The notes beneath the pieces are model-generated. The model saw only the letters and a program-made list of their open reading frames with translations, made no database searches and had not been told where the DNA came from. The position numbers and the translations under genes are program-made. 64,000 nucleotides of DNA from a bacterium (GTDB lineage: Bacteria; Patescibacteriota; Saccharimonadia; Saccharimonadales; UBA4665), in NCBI GenBank assembly GCA_043776675.1, contig JAYVRB010000036.1:220-64219 (forward strand), read 5' to 3'. Within the stretch, counting starts at the first letter, position 1. The number at the start of each line of letters is the position of its first letter. This document shows positions 15,286 through 26,097 of the stretch, one piece after another.

Positions 15286-17265
15286 ATGATTTTCGCAGAA
15301 TTACTTGGCCGACTTTCGCTAGATTCAATACCTAAAGATAAGATAACACTAGGCGCAGGAATTAGTATCTTGGCTAGTGGCTTTATTGTAGTTGTCTTGT
15401 TAACTTTCTTCAAAAAATGGAAATGGTTGTGGCGCAACTGGCTGACAACAGTTGATCCTAAGAAGATCGGAATTATGTATATTTTGATTGCTCTTTTAAT
15501 GTTAGTTCGTGGTGCTGTCGATGTTGGAATGATTCGACTACAACAAGCAACTTCCGTTGGAGCTGATCGTGGCTTCTTAACTGCTGATCAATTCCAACAG
15601 ATTTTTACGGCTCACGGTACGCTCATGATCTTCTTCGTAGCAATGGGACTTATGTTTGGATTGATAAATCTAATTGTTCCATTGCAGATTGGCGCGAGAG
15701 ATGTAGCATTTCCATTCCTGAACGCTACTAGTTTCTGGTTGTTCGCAGCAGGAGCAGCTTTAATGAACCTCCCCTTAATGCTAGGAGAATTCTCGGCTGC
15801 TGGCTGGTTGGCATATCCCCCACTATCAGGTTTAGAATATAGTCCTGGTGTTGGTGTAGATTATTGGATCTGGAGTCTGCAGATAGCAGGTGTTGGGTCG
15901 CTACTATCTGGAGTAAACTTCTTGGTTACGATTTTCAAAATGCGCGCGCCAGGCATGAAGCTTATGAAAATGCCTATGTTCGTTTGGAGCGTTATGGGCA
16001 GCATGATCTTAGTCATATTTGCATTTCCAATCCTTACTGCAACCTTGTCAATGCTTTTTCTAGATCGTTCACTAGGGATGCACTTCTTTACTGCCGCAGA
16101 CGGTGGCAACCCAATGATGTACGTGAATCTTATTTGGGCGTGGGGTCATCCAGAAGTCTACATTCTAATTTTGCCGGCTTTTGGTATCTTTTCTGAAGTA
16201 GTCTCCACTTTTGCTAAGAAAAGACTATTCGGTTATACATCGATGGTCTGGGCCATCATGGCTATAACCGTACTATCATTTACCGTCTGGCTACATCACT
16301 TCTTTACTATGGGGGCAGGGGCAAACGTCAACGCTTTCTTCGGTATCATGACAATGATTATTGCCATACCAACTGGCGTTAAAGTATTCAACTGGTTGTT
16401 TACTATGTACCGTGGCCGGATAACTTTTAGCGTACCAATGAAATGGTTCCTTGGCTTTATAGTCACCTTTACGATCGGAGGAGTAGCAGGAGTACTTATG
16501 GCAGTGCCTCCGGCTAATTTCCAGCTGCACAATAGCTTATTCCTTGTTGCACATTTTCACACCATGATTATTGGTGGAGTAGTTTTCGGATACTTTGCTG
16601 GACTAACTTATTGGTTCCCTAAGATATTTGGATTCAAGCTCAACGAACGACTTGGAAGATACTCATTCTGGTGTTGGCTAGTAGGATTTTTCTTGGCATT
16701 CGTGCCGCTATACATCTTGGGCATAATGGGCGCTACACGCCGCATGGATCACTATGAAGCCTCACTTGGTTGGCAGGGACTATTTGTAGTAGCTGGTGTC
16801 GGTGCAGTGACAATTTTCGTTGGACTACTTCTAATTGTATTGAATGTCATCGTGAGCGTTATCAAACGAAATCAGAATTTAGACACAACAGGAGATCCTT
16901 GGGACGGCAGGACACTCGAATGGTCAACTACTTCACCAGCACCGTTCTATAACTTCGCTGTATTACCTGACGGCTCAAAGCGTGATGCATTCTGGGCAGC
17001 TAAACATTCTCGAGCAGAAGTGGAACCTCCAAAATACGAAGCTTTCAGAGTGCCTAGAAATACGCCTTACCCGATTCTGATAGCTGGTGCTGCTCTTGCT
17101 ATAGGATTCGCTGCGGTATGGCATATGCTGCTGTTGGCCATAGTTGGCGTTATTGGTCTTGTTGTACTGATAATTCGACGCACAATTTCTGACGACACTG
17201 AATACGAATTGTCTGTCAGTCAAATCGAGAAGATTGAAACTAAAGCTAGAGAAAGATACGCATGA
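15286..17265 (+). CDS. cyoB: quinol oxidase subunit I (heme-copper oxidase)
   Basis: WGHPEVYILILPAFG, VWLHHFFTMGAG, LVAHFHTMIIGG. ATG at 15286 lies just after the cyoA stop. Confidence 0.92.
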   Translation: MIFAELLGRLSLDSIPKDKITLGAGISILASGFIVVVLLTFFKKWKWLWRNWLTTVDPKKIGIMYILIALLMLVRGAVDVGMIRLQQATSVGADRGFLTADQFQQIFTAHGTLMIFFVAMGLMFGLINLIVPLQIGARDVAFPFLNATSFWLFAAGAALMNLPLMLGEFSAAGWLAYPPLSGLEYSPGVGVDYWIWSLQIAGVGSLLSGVNFLVTIFKMRAPGMKLMKMPMFVWSVMGSMILVIFAFPILTATLSMLFLDRSLGMHFFTAADGGNPMMYVNLIWAWGHPEVYILILPAFGIFSEVVSTFAKKRLFGYTSMVWAIMAITVLSFTVWLHHFFTMGAGANVNAFFGIMTMIIAIPTGVKVFNWLFTMYRGRITFSVPMKWFLGFIVTFTIGGVAGVLMAVPPANFQLHNSLFLVAHFHTMIIGGVVFGYFAGLTYWFPKIFGFKLNERLGRYSFWCWLVGFFLAFVPLYILGIMGATRRMDHYEASLGWQGLFVVAGVGAVTIFVGLLLIVLNVIVSVIKRNQNLDTTGDPWDGRTLEWSTTSPAPFYNFAVLPDGSKRDAFWAAKHSRAEVEPPKYEAFRVPRNTPYPILIAGAALAIGFAAVWHMLLLAIVGVIGLVVLIIRRTISDDTEYELSVSQIEKIETKARERYA

Positions 17266-17861
17266 ACAACGAAGCTGTGACCATAGAACCAAAAGTGCAA
17301 GGTAGCAACAAGACTTTGTTTGGATTCTGGGTCTATCTAATGACCGACGTAGTATTATTCGCTAGTCTTTTTGCAACCTATGCTGTGCTGCGAGATAATA
17401 CAGCTGGTGGTCCTTCAGGGGCATCATTATTTAGCCTACCATTTGTACTCGTTGAGACATTAATACTTCTTACTAGTAGTTTTACATGCGGTATGGCCTT
17501 GTTGGCTGCTCGTAGTCAGCAAAAGAGGTTAGTCATATACTGGCTCAGTGCTACATTCATTCTTGGATTAACTTTCCTTGGTCTTGAACTTAGCGAGTTC
17601 AGGCTTCTAATTATTGAAGGTAATGGGTTTAGGGAAAGCGGATTCTTGTCCTCGTATTTCACACTAGTAGGAACTCACGGACTCCACATCTTTGTTGGTT
17701 TAATCTGGATGGCTGTAGCAATCTTCTTAATCATCAAACGGGGGCTTGGAAGGTCAGTACTTCGTAGACTTACAATGCTTAGTCTTTTCTGGCATTTCCT
17801 AGATATAATTTGGATATTCATTTTTACAATCGTATATCTACTTGGGGCAGTGAAAGGTTAA
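17262..17861 (+). CDS. cyoC: quinol oxidase subunit III
   Basis: 199 aa, 5 TM, ATGA overlap with cyoB, operon position. Confidence 0.85.
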   Translation: MNNEAVTIEPKVQGSNKTLFGFWVYLMTDVVLFASLFATYAVLRDNTAGGPSGASLFSLPFVLVETLILLTSSFTCGMALLAARSQQKRLVIYWLSATFILGLTFLGLELSEFRLLIIEGNGFRESGFLSSYFTLVGTHGLHIFVGLIWMAVAIFLIIKRGLGRSVLRRLTMLSLFWHFLDIIWIFIFTIVYLLGAVKG

Positions 17862-17862
17862 T

Positions 17863-18258
17863 ATGCTTAAGAAAATTAACTCTAAACTAAAGAATACACA
17901 ATCTTCTTCAAAGACTTACATAACTGGTTTTGTGCTTTCGTTGATACTGACTCTCTTGGCATATATGACCGTTCAATCACATATTAGTTCTGGACACTCG
18001 GGCTTTATGGACAACAATGTCGTCTTAATCTTGGCATCACTTGCAATTGCTCAACTATTCGTTCAGCTTGTATTCTTTCTTCATTTAAATCAAGAATCTA
18101 AGCCACGATTGAATTCCTTGGTAATGCTATTTGCAGCTCTTGTAGTTGTGATAATTGTTGGTGGATCAATTTGGATTATGAATAATCTAAACTATCACAA
18201 TATGACACCAGAGCAAACAAATATGAATATCATCAAAGACGAACGAGTGATGAATTAA
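17863..18258 (+). CDS. cyoD: quinol oxidase subunit IV
   Basis: Small 3-TM protein (YITGFVLSLILTLLAY), operon position. Confidence 0.75.
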   Translation: MLKKINSKLKNTQSSSKTYITGFVLSLILTLLAYMTVQSHISSGHSGFMDNNVVLILASLAIAQLFVQLVFFLHLNQESKPRLNSLVMLFAALVVVIIVGGSIWIMNNLNYHNMTPEQTNMNIIKDERVMN

Positions 18259-18259
18259 G

Positions 18260-19114
18260 TTGGAAAAGTTTCGTACATATTATCGATTAGCTAAACCGGG
18301 GATTGTATACGGTAATGGATTATCAGCCATAGCTGGATATATGTTCATAGCTAGGTCGGACTTTGATCTTCTGACATTTAGTGGAATGTTAATCGGTATT
18401 TGCCTAGTCATTGGTTCTGCTTGTGTAGTCAATAATTATCTAGATCGTAACTTAGACGCAAAAATGGAGCGAACAAGCAAACGCGCTCTGGTAGTCGGTA
18501 AAATTTCGAAGACAAATGCTCTAATATATGCTGCTACTCTTGGCATAGTTGGCTTCGCCTCTTTAATTATATTCACTAACTGGTTAACGGTATTTATCGG
18601 CTTTATCGGTTATATAGATTATATAGTTATTTATGGGCTTGCTAAACGATACACCAATTTTGGTACGGGATTAGGAAGTATCTCAGGTTCGGCAGCACTG
18701 GTTGCAGGCTACACTACATACACAAATCACTTTGGTAAAGCTGCTTTGATACTATTCTTTATTATGGTTTTTTGGCAGATGGCACACTTTCATTCAATCG
18801 CACTGTATCGTCTTAAAGATTACAAAGCTGCAGGGTTGCCAGTACTTCCAGTTCAGAAAGGAGAAGCTTACACCAGACTACTAATAAGGATATATATTAT
18901 CTGCTTCTTGATAAGCGCTTTATTGCTCGGAGCATTTTCTGAAACTAGCGATAGCTACCTCATTGTTATGACCTTGATTAGTTTGTATTGGATATATAAG
19001 AGCTTGGATAATAAACTTGAACACAGTCTATGGGCTAAGCAGATGTTCAAGCTATCTTTAGTAGTTTTGCTGGTATTTAGCGCTTTACTCTGTTTGAACT
19101 TCGTATTACCCTAG
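18260..19114 (+). CDS. cyoE: protoheme IX farnesyltransferase (heme O synthase)
   Basis: UbiA-family motif NNYLDRNLDAKMERTSKRAL, polytopic, TTG start directly after cyoD. Confidence 0.85.
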   Translation: MEKFRTYYRLAKPGIVYGNGLSAIAGYMFIARSDFDLLTFSGMLIGICLVIGSACVVNNYLDRNLDAKMERTSKRALVVGKISKTNALIYAATLGIVGFASLIIFTNWLTVFIGFIGYIDYIVIYGLAKRYTNFGTGLGSISGSAALVAGYTTYTNHFGKAALILFFIMVFWQMAHFHSIALYRLKDYKAAGLPVLPVQKGEAYTRLLIRIYIICFLISALLLGAFSETSDSYLIVMTLISLYWIYKSLDNKLEHSLWAKQMFKLSLVVLLVFSALLCLNFVLP

Positions 19115-19175
19115 CGATAATTAGCTTCACAATATATAATAGTCTTTGAAGCATTAACGTATTCGGGTGGATTAG

Positions 19176-20615
19176 ATGAATACTTACAATACAGACATAG
19201 CACCAAACGTGCCCCTAAAGAAGCTCAAACGTACAAAGATTATTGCGACGCTTGGTCCATCAACTAATAGTTACGAAAAAATCTTAGCGATTATTGAAGC
19301 TGGGGCTAATGGAATAAGGCTCAACTTTAGTCATGGAAGTCATGAAGAGAGAACTCAGCAGATTGAATGGGTTCGTAAAGCATCTAAAGCGTATGGTAAA
19401 CCGATGGCAATTATTCAAGACCTTCAAGGTCCCAAGATTCGACTCGGAGATTTTGAAGGAATAATTAATGTAAAAAAGGGCGAGATCATCAGCTTTGGAT
19501 ACGAATCTGACTACGCTGCGACTGGACACATCCCAACACAGTACGATTTAGGTCTGAAAGTTAAGCGAGGCGAGAGGATATACCTATACGATGGTCGAGT
19601 TCGAACTGAAGTCATAAGTGTGCGCGAGGGTATTGTGCATGTTGAAGTTAAGAACGACGGAATATTAATAAAGCGTAAGGGTATTAATCTTCCTGATACA
19701 GATTTTGAGGGTGATATTATAACTGCCAAGGATAAAGCAGATCTAATATATGGCTCAGCTCAAAGCATAGATTATGTAGCCTTAAGTTTTGTGCAAAGCG
19801 AAGCCGATATTCATTCGTTAAAGAATCTTTTGGGTGCAGTAAATAGTAAGGCTAAAATAATCGCCAAGATCGAAACTAAAGCGGCTGTCGAAAATATTGA
19901 GAGTATCATGAAAGCTGCCGATGCTGTGATGATTGCACGTGGAGATTTGGCTATCGAAACTCCAGCAGAAAGCGTGCCTATAGTACAACGCAAAATAGTA
20001 GGACTCGGAATCCAGTATGCCAAACCAACAATAGTGGCAACACAGATGCTGGTTAGCATGACAGATCAACCAGAGCCTAGTAGAGCAGAAGTGTCTGACG
20101 TTGCTACGGCTGTAGTTATGGGTGCGGACTGCGTCATGCTTAGTGAAGAAACCGCCAGCGGTAACTATCCGATAGAAGCTGTTGAAACCATGAAGCGCAT
20201 TATCCGCTACACAGAAATACATAATCCTCTTAAGGTTACTTTTCAAAATGTGCGTGATAAATCTAGGCAATTGGCAATCTCAACAGCTATCTTAACCCTA
20301 GCCGAAAACATTGATGCTAAAGCCATCGTCGCCGAAACTAAATCTGGTGCAACTGCATTGCAAATTTCTTCTCTTCGCCCTAGCATTCCACTTATTGCAG
20401 TTACAAGTGATCCTATGACAGCTAACCAACTAGCTCTAGTTTATGGTGTAAAGTCTTACACCCGTCCAGCCGATGCAATGGCTGCAAGTAAACTTACTGA
20501 TTGGCTTGAGAAAAATAAAGTGCTTTTGAAGGGTGATATTGTAGTTACCGCTTCTGGACATTATCCTGGAGTTGTCGGTACAACTGATACGATTAAAGTC
20601 AGGGTCGTTAAATAA
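19176..20615 (+). CDS. pyk: pyruvate kinase
   Basis: KIIATLGPST, MIARGDLAIE, typical length (479 aa). Confidence 0.9.
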   Translation: MNTYNTDIAPNVPLKKLKRTKIIATLGPSTNSYEKILAIIEAGANGIRLNFSHGSHEERTQQIEWVRKASKAYGKPMAIIQDLQGPKIRLGDFEGIINVKKGEIISFGYESDYAATGHIPTQYDLGLKVKRGERIYLYDGRVRTEVISVREGIVHVEVKNDGILIKRKGINLPDTDFEGDIITAKDKADLIYGSAQSIDYVALSFVQSEADIHSLKNLLGAVNSKAKIIAKIETKAAVENIESIMKAADAVMIARGDLAIETPAESVPIVQRKIVGLGIQYAKPTIVATQMLVSMTDQPEPSRAEVSDVATAVVMGADCVMLSEETASGNYPIEAVETMKRIIRYTEIHNPLKVTFQNVRDKSRQLAISTAILTLAENIDAKAIVAETKSGATALQISSLRPSIPLIAVTSDPMTANQLALVYGVKSYTRPADAMAASKLTDWLEKNKVLLKGDIVVTASGHYPGVVGTTDTIKVRVVK

Positions 20616-20684
20616 ATTATGCATTATCAGATTAAAGCTATAAAATTAATATTAAGAAAGTCATAAGCATTATATAGGGGTGGG

Positions 20685-21968
20685 ATGTTTACTAAAAAGA
20701 CAATCAGAGATATTGATTTAACAGGCAAGACAGTTCTGCTTAGGGCTGACTATAATGTTCCAATCGAAAACGGTAAAATCACAGATGATTACAGGATTAA
20801 ACAGTCCCTACCTACCATTGAGTATCTATTAAAGCACAACGTAAAGTTAATAATTTGTTCCCACCTAGGAAGGCCGAAGGGTGCGCATGATTCAAGTGCA
20901 AGCTTGTTCCCGATCGCCAAAAGACTGAAACAACTGTTAGATAAACCTGTAGAATTTGCATTAGATTGTGTTGGTCCAGTTGCTCAAAAGGCTGTCGATG
21001 GAATCGGTAATGGTCAAGTAGTATTGCTAGAGAACTTGAGGTTTCATCCTGAGGAAGAAGCCAACGACGATAAGTTTGCTAAAGAACTTTCCAGTCTAGC
21101 TGACATATTCGTGCAAGACGGATTTGGTGTAGTACACCGTGCACATGCTAGCACGACGGGAATAACCAAGTATTTGCCAAGCGTAGCTGGATTATTACTT
21201 GAAAAAGAAGTCGACATTATCACAGGTGTTATGGAGAAACCCGAGCGACCATTAATGACAATTGTAGGTGGTGCAAAGATTGCAGACAAGATCGATGTTC
21301 TAAACCGCTTTATTGAAATCTCAGATTTTCTTGTTATCGGCGGAGCAATGGCCAATACGTTTCTCGCTGCCAAAGGTATCGACGTAGCTTCAAGTAGATA
21401 TGATGCTACTGATCTCGCCAAAGCTAGAGAAATAATGCACCTTGCTGAAGCTGAAGCCAAGAAACGTCATTTTATCTTTTCTATTCCTCACGACGCAGTT
21501 GTCTCCACAAAAATTGACAAGAATGCAACGACTCGAATAGTTGATTGGTCGGCACACACTATTGCCGATATCGAAAACTATCCTAAACGACCACCTCTCA
21601 GTGCTAGTCAAATGCACGAAGATGAATTGATCTTAGATATCGGTCCATTTTCAGGATCTTTCATTGCAGGTGCCGTTCAGCTTGCTAATACTGTGATATG
21701 GAATGGAACTATGGGTGTGACAGAAACTGTTGGTCTTCAAGGTCCAATTGGGCCTTATTCGCATGGTACAGAATTAATTATTGAAGCAATGCTTGGAGAA
21801 TTTGGGCATAAACCTTTCACTCTAGTAGGTGGCGGAGATACGGTCGGATACGTAAAGAACAGGCATCTAGTTGATAGCTTCGATCATGTTTCTACTGGCG
21901 GAGGCGCAAGTCTTGAACTCATGGCTGGCCAAAAACTTCCCGGTGTTGAAGCACTAATGGAGAAATAA
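20685..21968 (+). CDS. pgk: phosphoglycerate kinase
   Basis: LLRADYNVP, SHLGRPKG, STGGGASLE. Confidence 0.9.
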   Translation: MFTKKTIRDIDLTGKTVLLRADYNVPIENGKITDDYRIKQSLPTIEYLLKHNVKLIICSHLGRPKGAHDSSASLFPIAKRLKQLLDKPVEFALDCVGPVAQKAVDGIGNGQVVLLENLRFHPEEEANDDKFAKELSSLADIFVQDGFGVVHRAHASTTGITKYLPSVAGLLLEKEVDIITGVMEKPERPLMTIVGGAKIADKIDVLNRFIEISDFLVIGGAMANTFLAAKGIDVASSRYDATDLAKAREIMHLAEAEAKKRHFIFSIPHDAVVSTKIDKNATTRIVDWSAHTIADIENYPKRPPLSASQMHEDELILDIGPFSGSFIAGAVQLANTVIWNGTMGVTETVGLQGPIGPYSHGTELIIEAMLGEFGHKPFTLVGGGDTVGYVKNRHLVDSFDHVSTGGGASLELMAGQKLPGVEALMEK

Positions 21969-21989
21969 GGTACAATAATCATAAGCACT

Positions 21990-22781
21990 ATGAAAAGAAC
22001 TATGATTGTCGGTAATTGGAAGATGCACCTTAACATTCACGAGGCTAGCTTGCTAGTACATCGTCTAAATCAACGCATCAAAGTCCATCGAGACATAGAA
22101 GTAGTATTGGCGCCTTCAATGTTAGCTCTTCAGCCGCTCAGTCTAGAGATTGATCGTCGTAAGTTTCGCCTAGCCGCTCAGAACGCATACTCTAAAGATG
22201 AGGGGGCTTATACCGGCGAGGTTAGTTTTACTATGTTGTCTGACCTAGTTCATTACTGCATTATTGGTCATTCAGCTCGAAGAATTTATTTTAACGAAAC
22301 CTTAGAGGACGTTAGAGATAAAGTCCAAGCATCGGTTCGAAATAATATTGTCCCAATCCTTTGCATAGGCGAGACTAAGCAAGAAAGAGTTGCGGGAGAA
22401 ACTAAACGAGTATTACATGATCAACTAACCACTGCTTTATCTAATCTAACTTCAGAAGATGTGACAGATATCGTTATAGCGTATGAGCCGGTTTGGGCGA
22501 TTAGCACTTTTGACGGTGAAATCTCTAAGCCAGACGATATGAAGAAAGCTATGGACCATATAAGATATGAAGTAAAAGAATTGTTTGGAGAATCAGTATC
22601 TAAGAGCATTCGTGTACTTTATGGCGGTAGCGTAGATAACAGTATAGTAGGTGCGTATCTTCGAATTGATGGTTGTGACGGAGTCTTAGTTGGCGCAGCT
22701 AGCCTAAATTATGAACAATTCATTGGAATTGTTGAAACAGCGTATAAATTAAGTCACCCGAAAGTCGAAACCAATGCCTAA
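21990..22781 (+). CDS. tpiA: triosephosphate isomerase
   Basis: VGNWKMH, IIGHSARR, AYEPVWAI, GGSV. Confidence 0.9.
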   Translation: MKRTMIVGNWKMHLNIHEASLLVHRLNQRIKVHRDIEVVLAPSMLALQPLSLEIDRRKFRLAAQNAYSKDEGAYTGEVSFTMLSDLVHYCIIGHSARRIYFNETLEDVRDKVQASVRNNIVPILCIGETKQERVAGETKRVLHDQLTTALSNLTSEDVTDIVIAYEPVWAISTFDGEISKPDDMKKAMDHIRYEVKELFGESVSKSIRVLYGGSVDNSIVGAYLRIDGCDGVLVGAASLNYEQFIGIVETAYKLSHPKVETNA

Positions 22782-23358
22782 TCCAGAACCAAGTGTACCA
22801 AAAAAGATCATTATGGATATTTCTCATGTTGGCATAGCATCACCTTCAGAAAATTCCAAGTCAGTGTTAGTTACCAGTCGTCAGATGATAGAAAATCCAA
22901 TAGATAGCAAATCATCAGTTGAAAAAAATGAGCTACCTAGTCACGACGTGCCAAGTATCGAGAAGCCCAAACATGAGATTAAAACTTTAGAGAATCATCC
23001 AGAGGTTAAGCCGAAAAGCGAAGAAACTGAATCTAAGCCCCAACCAGATTCTGATAAATCAGAACAAAAAGACGAAAAAGTTGCTGACGTACCAGTTCCT
23101 GCTGGTAAAACTGAGGAATTAGATATTGCCAAAGCAGAAGAAGCCCAGAAGACTCAGCATGATGCAGAAATAGCTGAGATTGTTAATGCCAAGACTTACT
23201 ACCTACCGATTAATACTGTCGAGAATCGAAAGTCTAAAAGATTCATAGCACTTGGAATTATATTTAGCGTAGTTCTGTTGTTAGTTTGGGCTAATTTGGC
23301 ATTGGATGCGGGTATTATTAAAATCGGTGGCATCAAAGCTTTGACAGAGTTCTATTAG
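22774..23358 (+). CDS. hypothetical tail-anchored protein (disordered acidic/Lys-rich region plus one C-terminal TM)
   Basis: ORF overlaps the tpiA stop. Low-complexity sequence with a single hydrophobic helix near the C-terminus. Confidence 0.55.
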   Translation: MPNPEPSVPKKIIMDISHVGIASPSENSKSVLVTSRQMIENPIDSKSSVEKNELPSHDVPSIEKPKHEIKTLENHPEVKPKSEETESKPQPDSDKSEQKDEKVADVPVPAGKTEELDIAKAEEAQKTQHDAEIAEIVNAKTYYLPINTVENRKSKRFIALGIIFSVVLLLVWANLALDAGIIKIGGIKALTEFY

Positions 23359-23419
23359 TAATCATATATAGGCCTATCTCACAACACCTAAAACGACTCA
23401 GCTCTGGTAGAATAGTAAG

Positions 23420-25570
23420 GTGTTAGAGCAGGTATTAGATGGTCTAAATCCAGAACAGAAACGAGCAGTAGAAACCACAGAGGGGCCGCTGCTGATTCAG
23501 GCTGGAGCTGGATCTGGAAAAACCAAGACACTAACTCATCGCATCGCTTATCTAATAGATACACAAAGAGCAACTCCGTATAATATCTTGGCAGTAACCT
23601 TCACCAATAAAGCCGCAAAAGAGATGCGTCATCGAGTAGGCGAATTGTTAAACGCAAATTCTGAAGATCGTGGATTTATGCCATACATGGGTACTTTCCA
23701 TGGTATTTGTGTCAGACTTCTTCGACAAGACGGCGAACACATAGGTATACCTCGTACATTTGTAATATTTGACGAATCTGACCGTCAAGCAGCTATGAAA
23801 CGAGCCAGTAGGCAACTAATGATTGACGAGAAATCATTCCCCCCACGCTTAATCTCTAGTCTAATTTCCAGCGCTAAGAATGACATGATCGGACCCAAAG
23901 AGTATTCCGAAATAGCTAAAGGTCCTGCACAAAAAGTAGCGGCCCAAGTATTTCCAATATATGAGTCAATCCTGCATGAAGCATCGGCTTTGGATTTCGA
24001 TGACCTCATCAATCGCATGGTCGAGCTGCTTGAAAAACATGAAGATGTTCGAATCAAATGGCAGAAACAATTTAAATATATAATGATTGATGAGTATCAA
24101 GACACCAACACCGCTCAGTACAAATTAGTAAAACTACTTACCAACAACGAGCATAATAATATTGCTGTAGTTGGAGATGATTGGCAAAGTATTTACAGTT
24201 GGAGAGGCGCAGATTTTCGTAATATTTTAAATTTCGAAAAAGACTATAAGAACTGCACAATTATCAAACTTGAGCAAAATTATCGCAGTACAAAACATAT
24301 TCTGGATGCTGCACATGCCGTGATTACCAAGAATTCTCACCGTAGCGACAAGGAACTCTGGACTGATGAAGCCGGCGGATTACCGGTTCAACTTATGCAA
24401 GTAGGAAATGAAAGAGCAGAAGCAGAAGGTGTTATACGACGAGTACGGAATGGTGTTGATAGCGGGCTTAGAACTTACAAAGATTTCGCAGTGCTATATC
24501 GTACCAATGCGCAAAGTCGTTCTATAGAAGAAAGCTTCGTACATTACGGGATTCCATATCGTATTGTTGGAGGCGTACGTTTCTATGACCGCAAAGAGAT
24601 TAAAGACCTAATGGCATATTTAAGACTTATTTTCCAACCTGAGGATTATGTAAGTTTTGAACGCATTGTCAACATCCCGACTAGAGGAATAGGTGCTACT
24701 TCCATTCAAAAATTTATGACTTGGCAGAGAGAGGAAAAGTTGAGTTTAGCTGGAGCACTTCGCCAAGCCAATGACTGCTCAACTATTACGCCAAAGGCTC
24801 GAGCTGCTCTAAGTGAAGTAGGCGATATGTTGGATGGTCTGCGTGTAGCTAGCGATGGAGCTAGCGTAAGCGGGCTAATTGACTCATTAATTATGCGAAT
24901 AGACTACAAACATTTTATAGATGATGGCTCAACCCAAGGAGAAGCTAGGCTTGAGAACGTTAATGAACTTCTTAGCGTGGCTCAGGAGTATCAGGATGAA
25001 GGTTTGGCAGGATTTTTAGAAGAAGTTGCGTTGGTAAGCGACCTTGATGGCACCAATTTTGATAATGATGCCGTAACCTTGATGACGCTCCATGCTGCCA
25101 AAGGCCTAGAGTTCCCTGTCGTATTTATGACTGGACTTGAAGAGTCAATCTTCCCGCATTCAAGAGCACTGTATGATCAGTCAGAAATGGAAGAGGAGCG
25201 TCGGCTGTGCTATGTTGGAATGACTAGAGCTCGTCAAGAACTATATATGATACACGCATCGTCTCGATTACTTTATGGTGGCATTCAGCACAATGCACCA
25301 TCTAGATTTTTATCTGAAATTGATGGAGAGTCGCAGTCTTTGGCTACGATCGAAAGTTTCAACTTCCAGCCGATGAACGGCAGTGCTCCAGTCAAACCTT
25401 CTGATGAACTAAGGTACATTCCAGAACTTAATGAAGGTGACGGCGTAAGGCATTCACTATTCGGAGATGGTACTGTCATGGAACTTGATGGTGATATTGC
25501 GGTTATTTATTTCAAGGGTAAAGGAACTAGGAAGTTAGACATAAGTCTCGCTCCATTAGAAAAGCTATGA
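23420..25570 (+). CDS. pcrA: ATP-dependent DNA helicase PcrA/UvrD family
   Basis: Motif I AGAGSGKT, motif II MIDEYQDTN, LEQNYRS, TLHAAKGLEF, YVGMTRA. Confidence 0.9.
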   Translation: MLEQVLDGLNPEQKRAVETTEGPLLIQAGAGSGKTKTLTHRIAYLIDTQRATPYNILAVTFTNKAAKEMRHRVGELLNANSEDRGFMPYMGTFHGICVRLLRQDGEHIGIPRTFVIFDESDRQAAMKRASRQLMIDEKSFPPRLISSLISSAKNDMIGPKEYSEIAKGPAQKVAAQVFPIYESILHEASALDFDDLINRMVELLEKHEDVRIKWQKQFKYIMIDEYQDTNTAQYKLVKLLTNNEHNNIAVVGDDWQSIYSWRGADFRNILNFEKDYKNCTIIKLEQNYRSTKHILDAAHAVITKNSHRSDKELWTDEAGGLPVQLMQVGNERAEAEGVIRRVRNGVDSGLRTYKDFAVLYRTNAQSRSIEESFVHYGIPYRIVGGVRFYDRKEIKDLMAYLRLIFQPEDYVSFERIVNIPTRGIGATSIQKFMTWQREEKLSLAGALRQANDCSTITPKARAALSEVGDMLDGLRVASDGASVSGLIDSLIMRIDYKHFIDDGSTQGEARLENVNELLSVAQEYQDEGLAGFLEEVALVSDLDGTNFDNDAVTLMTLHAAKGLEFPVVFMTGLEESIFPHSRALYDQSEMEEERRLCYVGMTRARQELYMIHASSRLLYGGIQHNAPSRFLSEIDGESQSLATIESFNFQPMNGSAPVKPSDELRYIPELNEGDGVRHSLFGDGTVMELDGDIAVIYFKGKGTRKLDISLAPLEKL

Positions 25571-26028
25571 AGCATAGAATTACGAGGTTATTAGGTTACA
25601 TAGGCTTTTGGGTAACTTGGCCAGGATTATTTGTATATCTAAAAAGGGGGATGCGAACCAGAGTGATAATCATACACGACCAAAAGATATTATTAACCAG
25701 AAATTGGTATGGTAATGGGTGCTGGTCTCTCCCCGGTGGAGGTCAGAAGTCTGACGAGTCGTTATCGGACACTGCTAAACGTGAAGTTCTAGAAGAAACT
25801 GGAATTGAAATCAAAGAGTCAGAACTCCGTGAACTAGGTGAGCACCGTGGAAGTATTTCGGGCCTTGGCTACAGATATCATCTGTTTTTATATCGTAGTA
25901 TTAAGCCACCCACGGTAAGCCAAAATACCTTAGAAATTAGAGAGACAATCTGGATGAGTAAACGGGAAGTATTAGAGTCTAGTCTGAGTAGCGACCTTAA
26001 GTCTTTATCAAGTAAATGGTTTGAGTAG
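25567..26028 (+). CDS. NUDIX hydrolase
   Basis: Nudix box GGGQKSDESLSDTAKREVLEETGIE. ATGA overlap with pcrA. Confidence 0.8.
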   Translation: MKHRITRLLGYIGFWVTWPGLFVYLKRGMRTRVIIIHDQKILLTRNWYGNGCWSLPGGGQKSDESLSDTAKREVLEETGIEIKESELRELGEHRGSISGLGYRYHLFLYRSIKPPTVSQNTLEIRETIWMSKREVLESSLSSDLKSLSSKWFE

Positions 26029-26097
26029 CTAGATTTTGGTACAATTAATAGACTGATACAGATACCGGAATTACGTTAATCAAGTAAGTGATTATAT

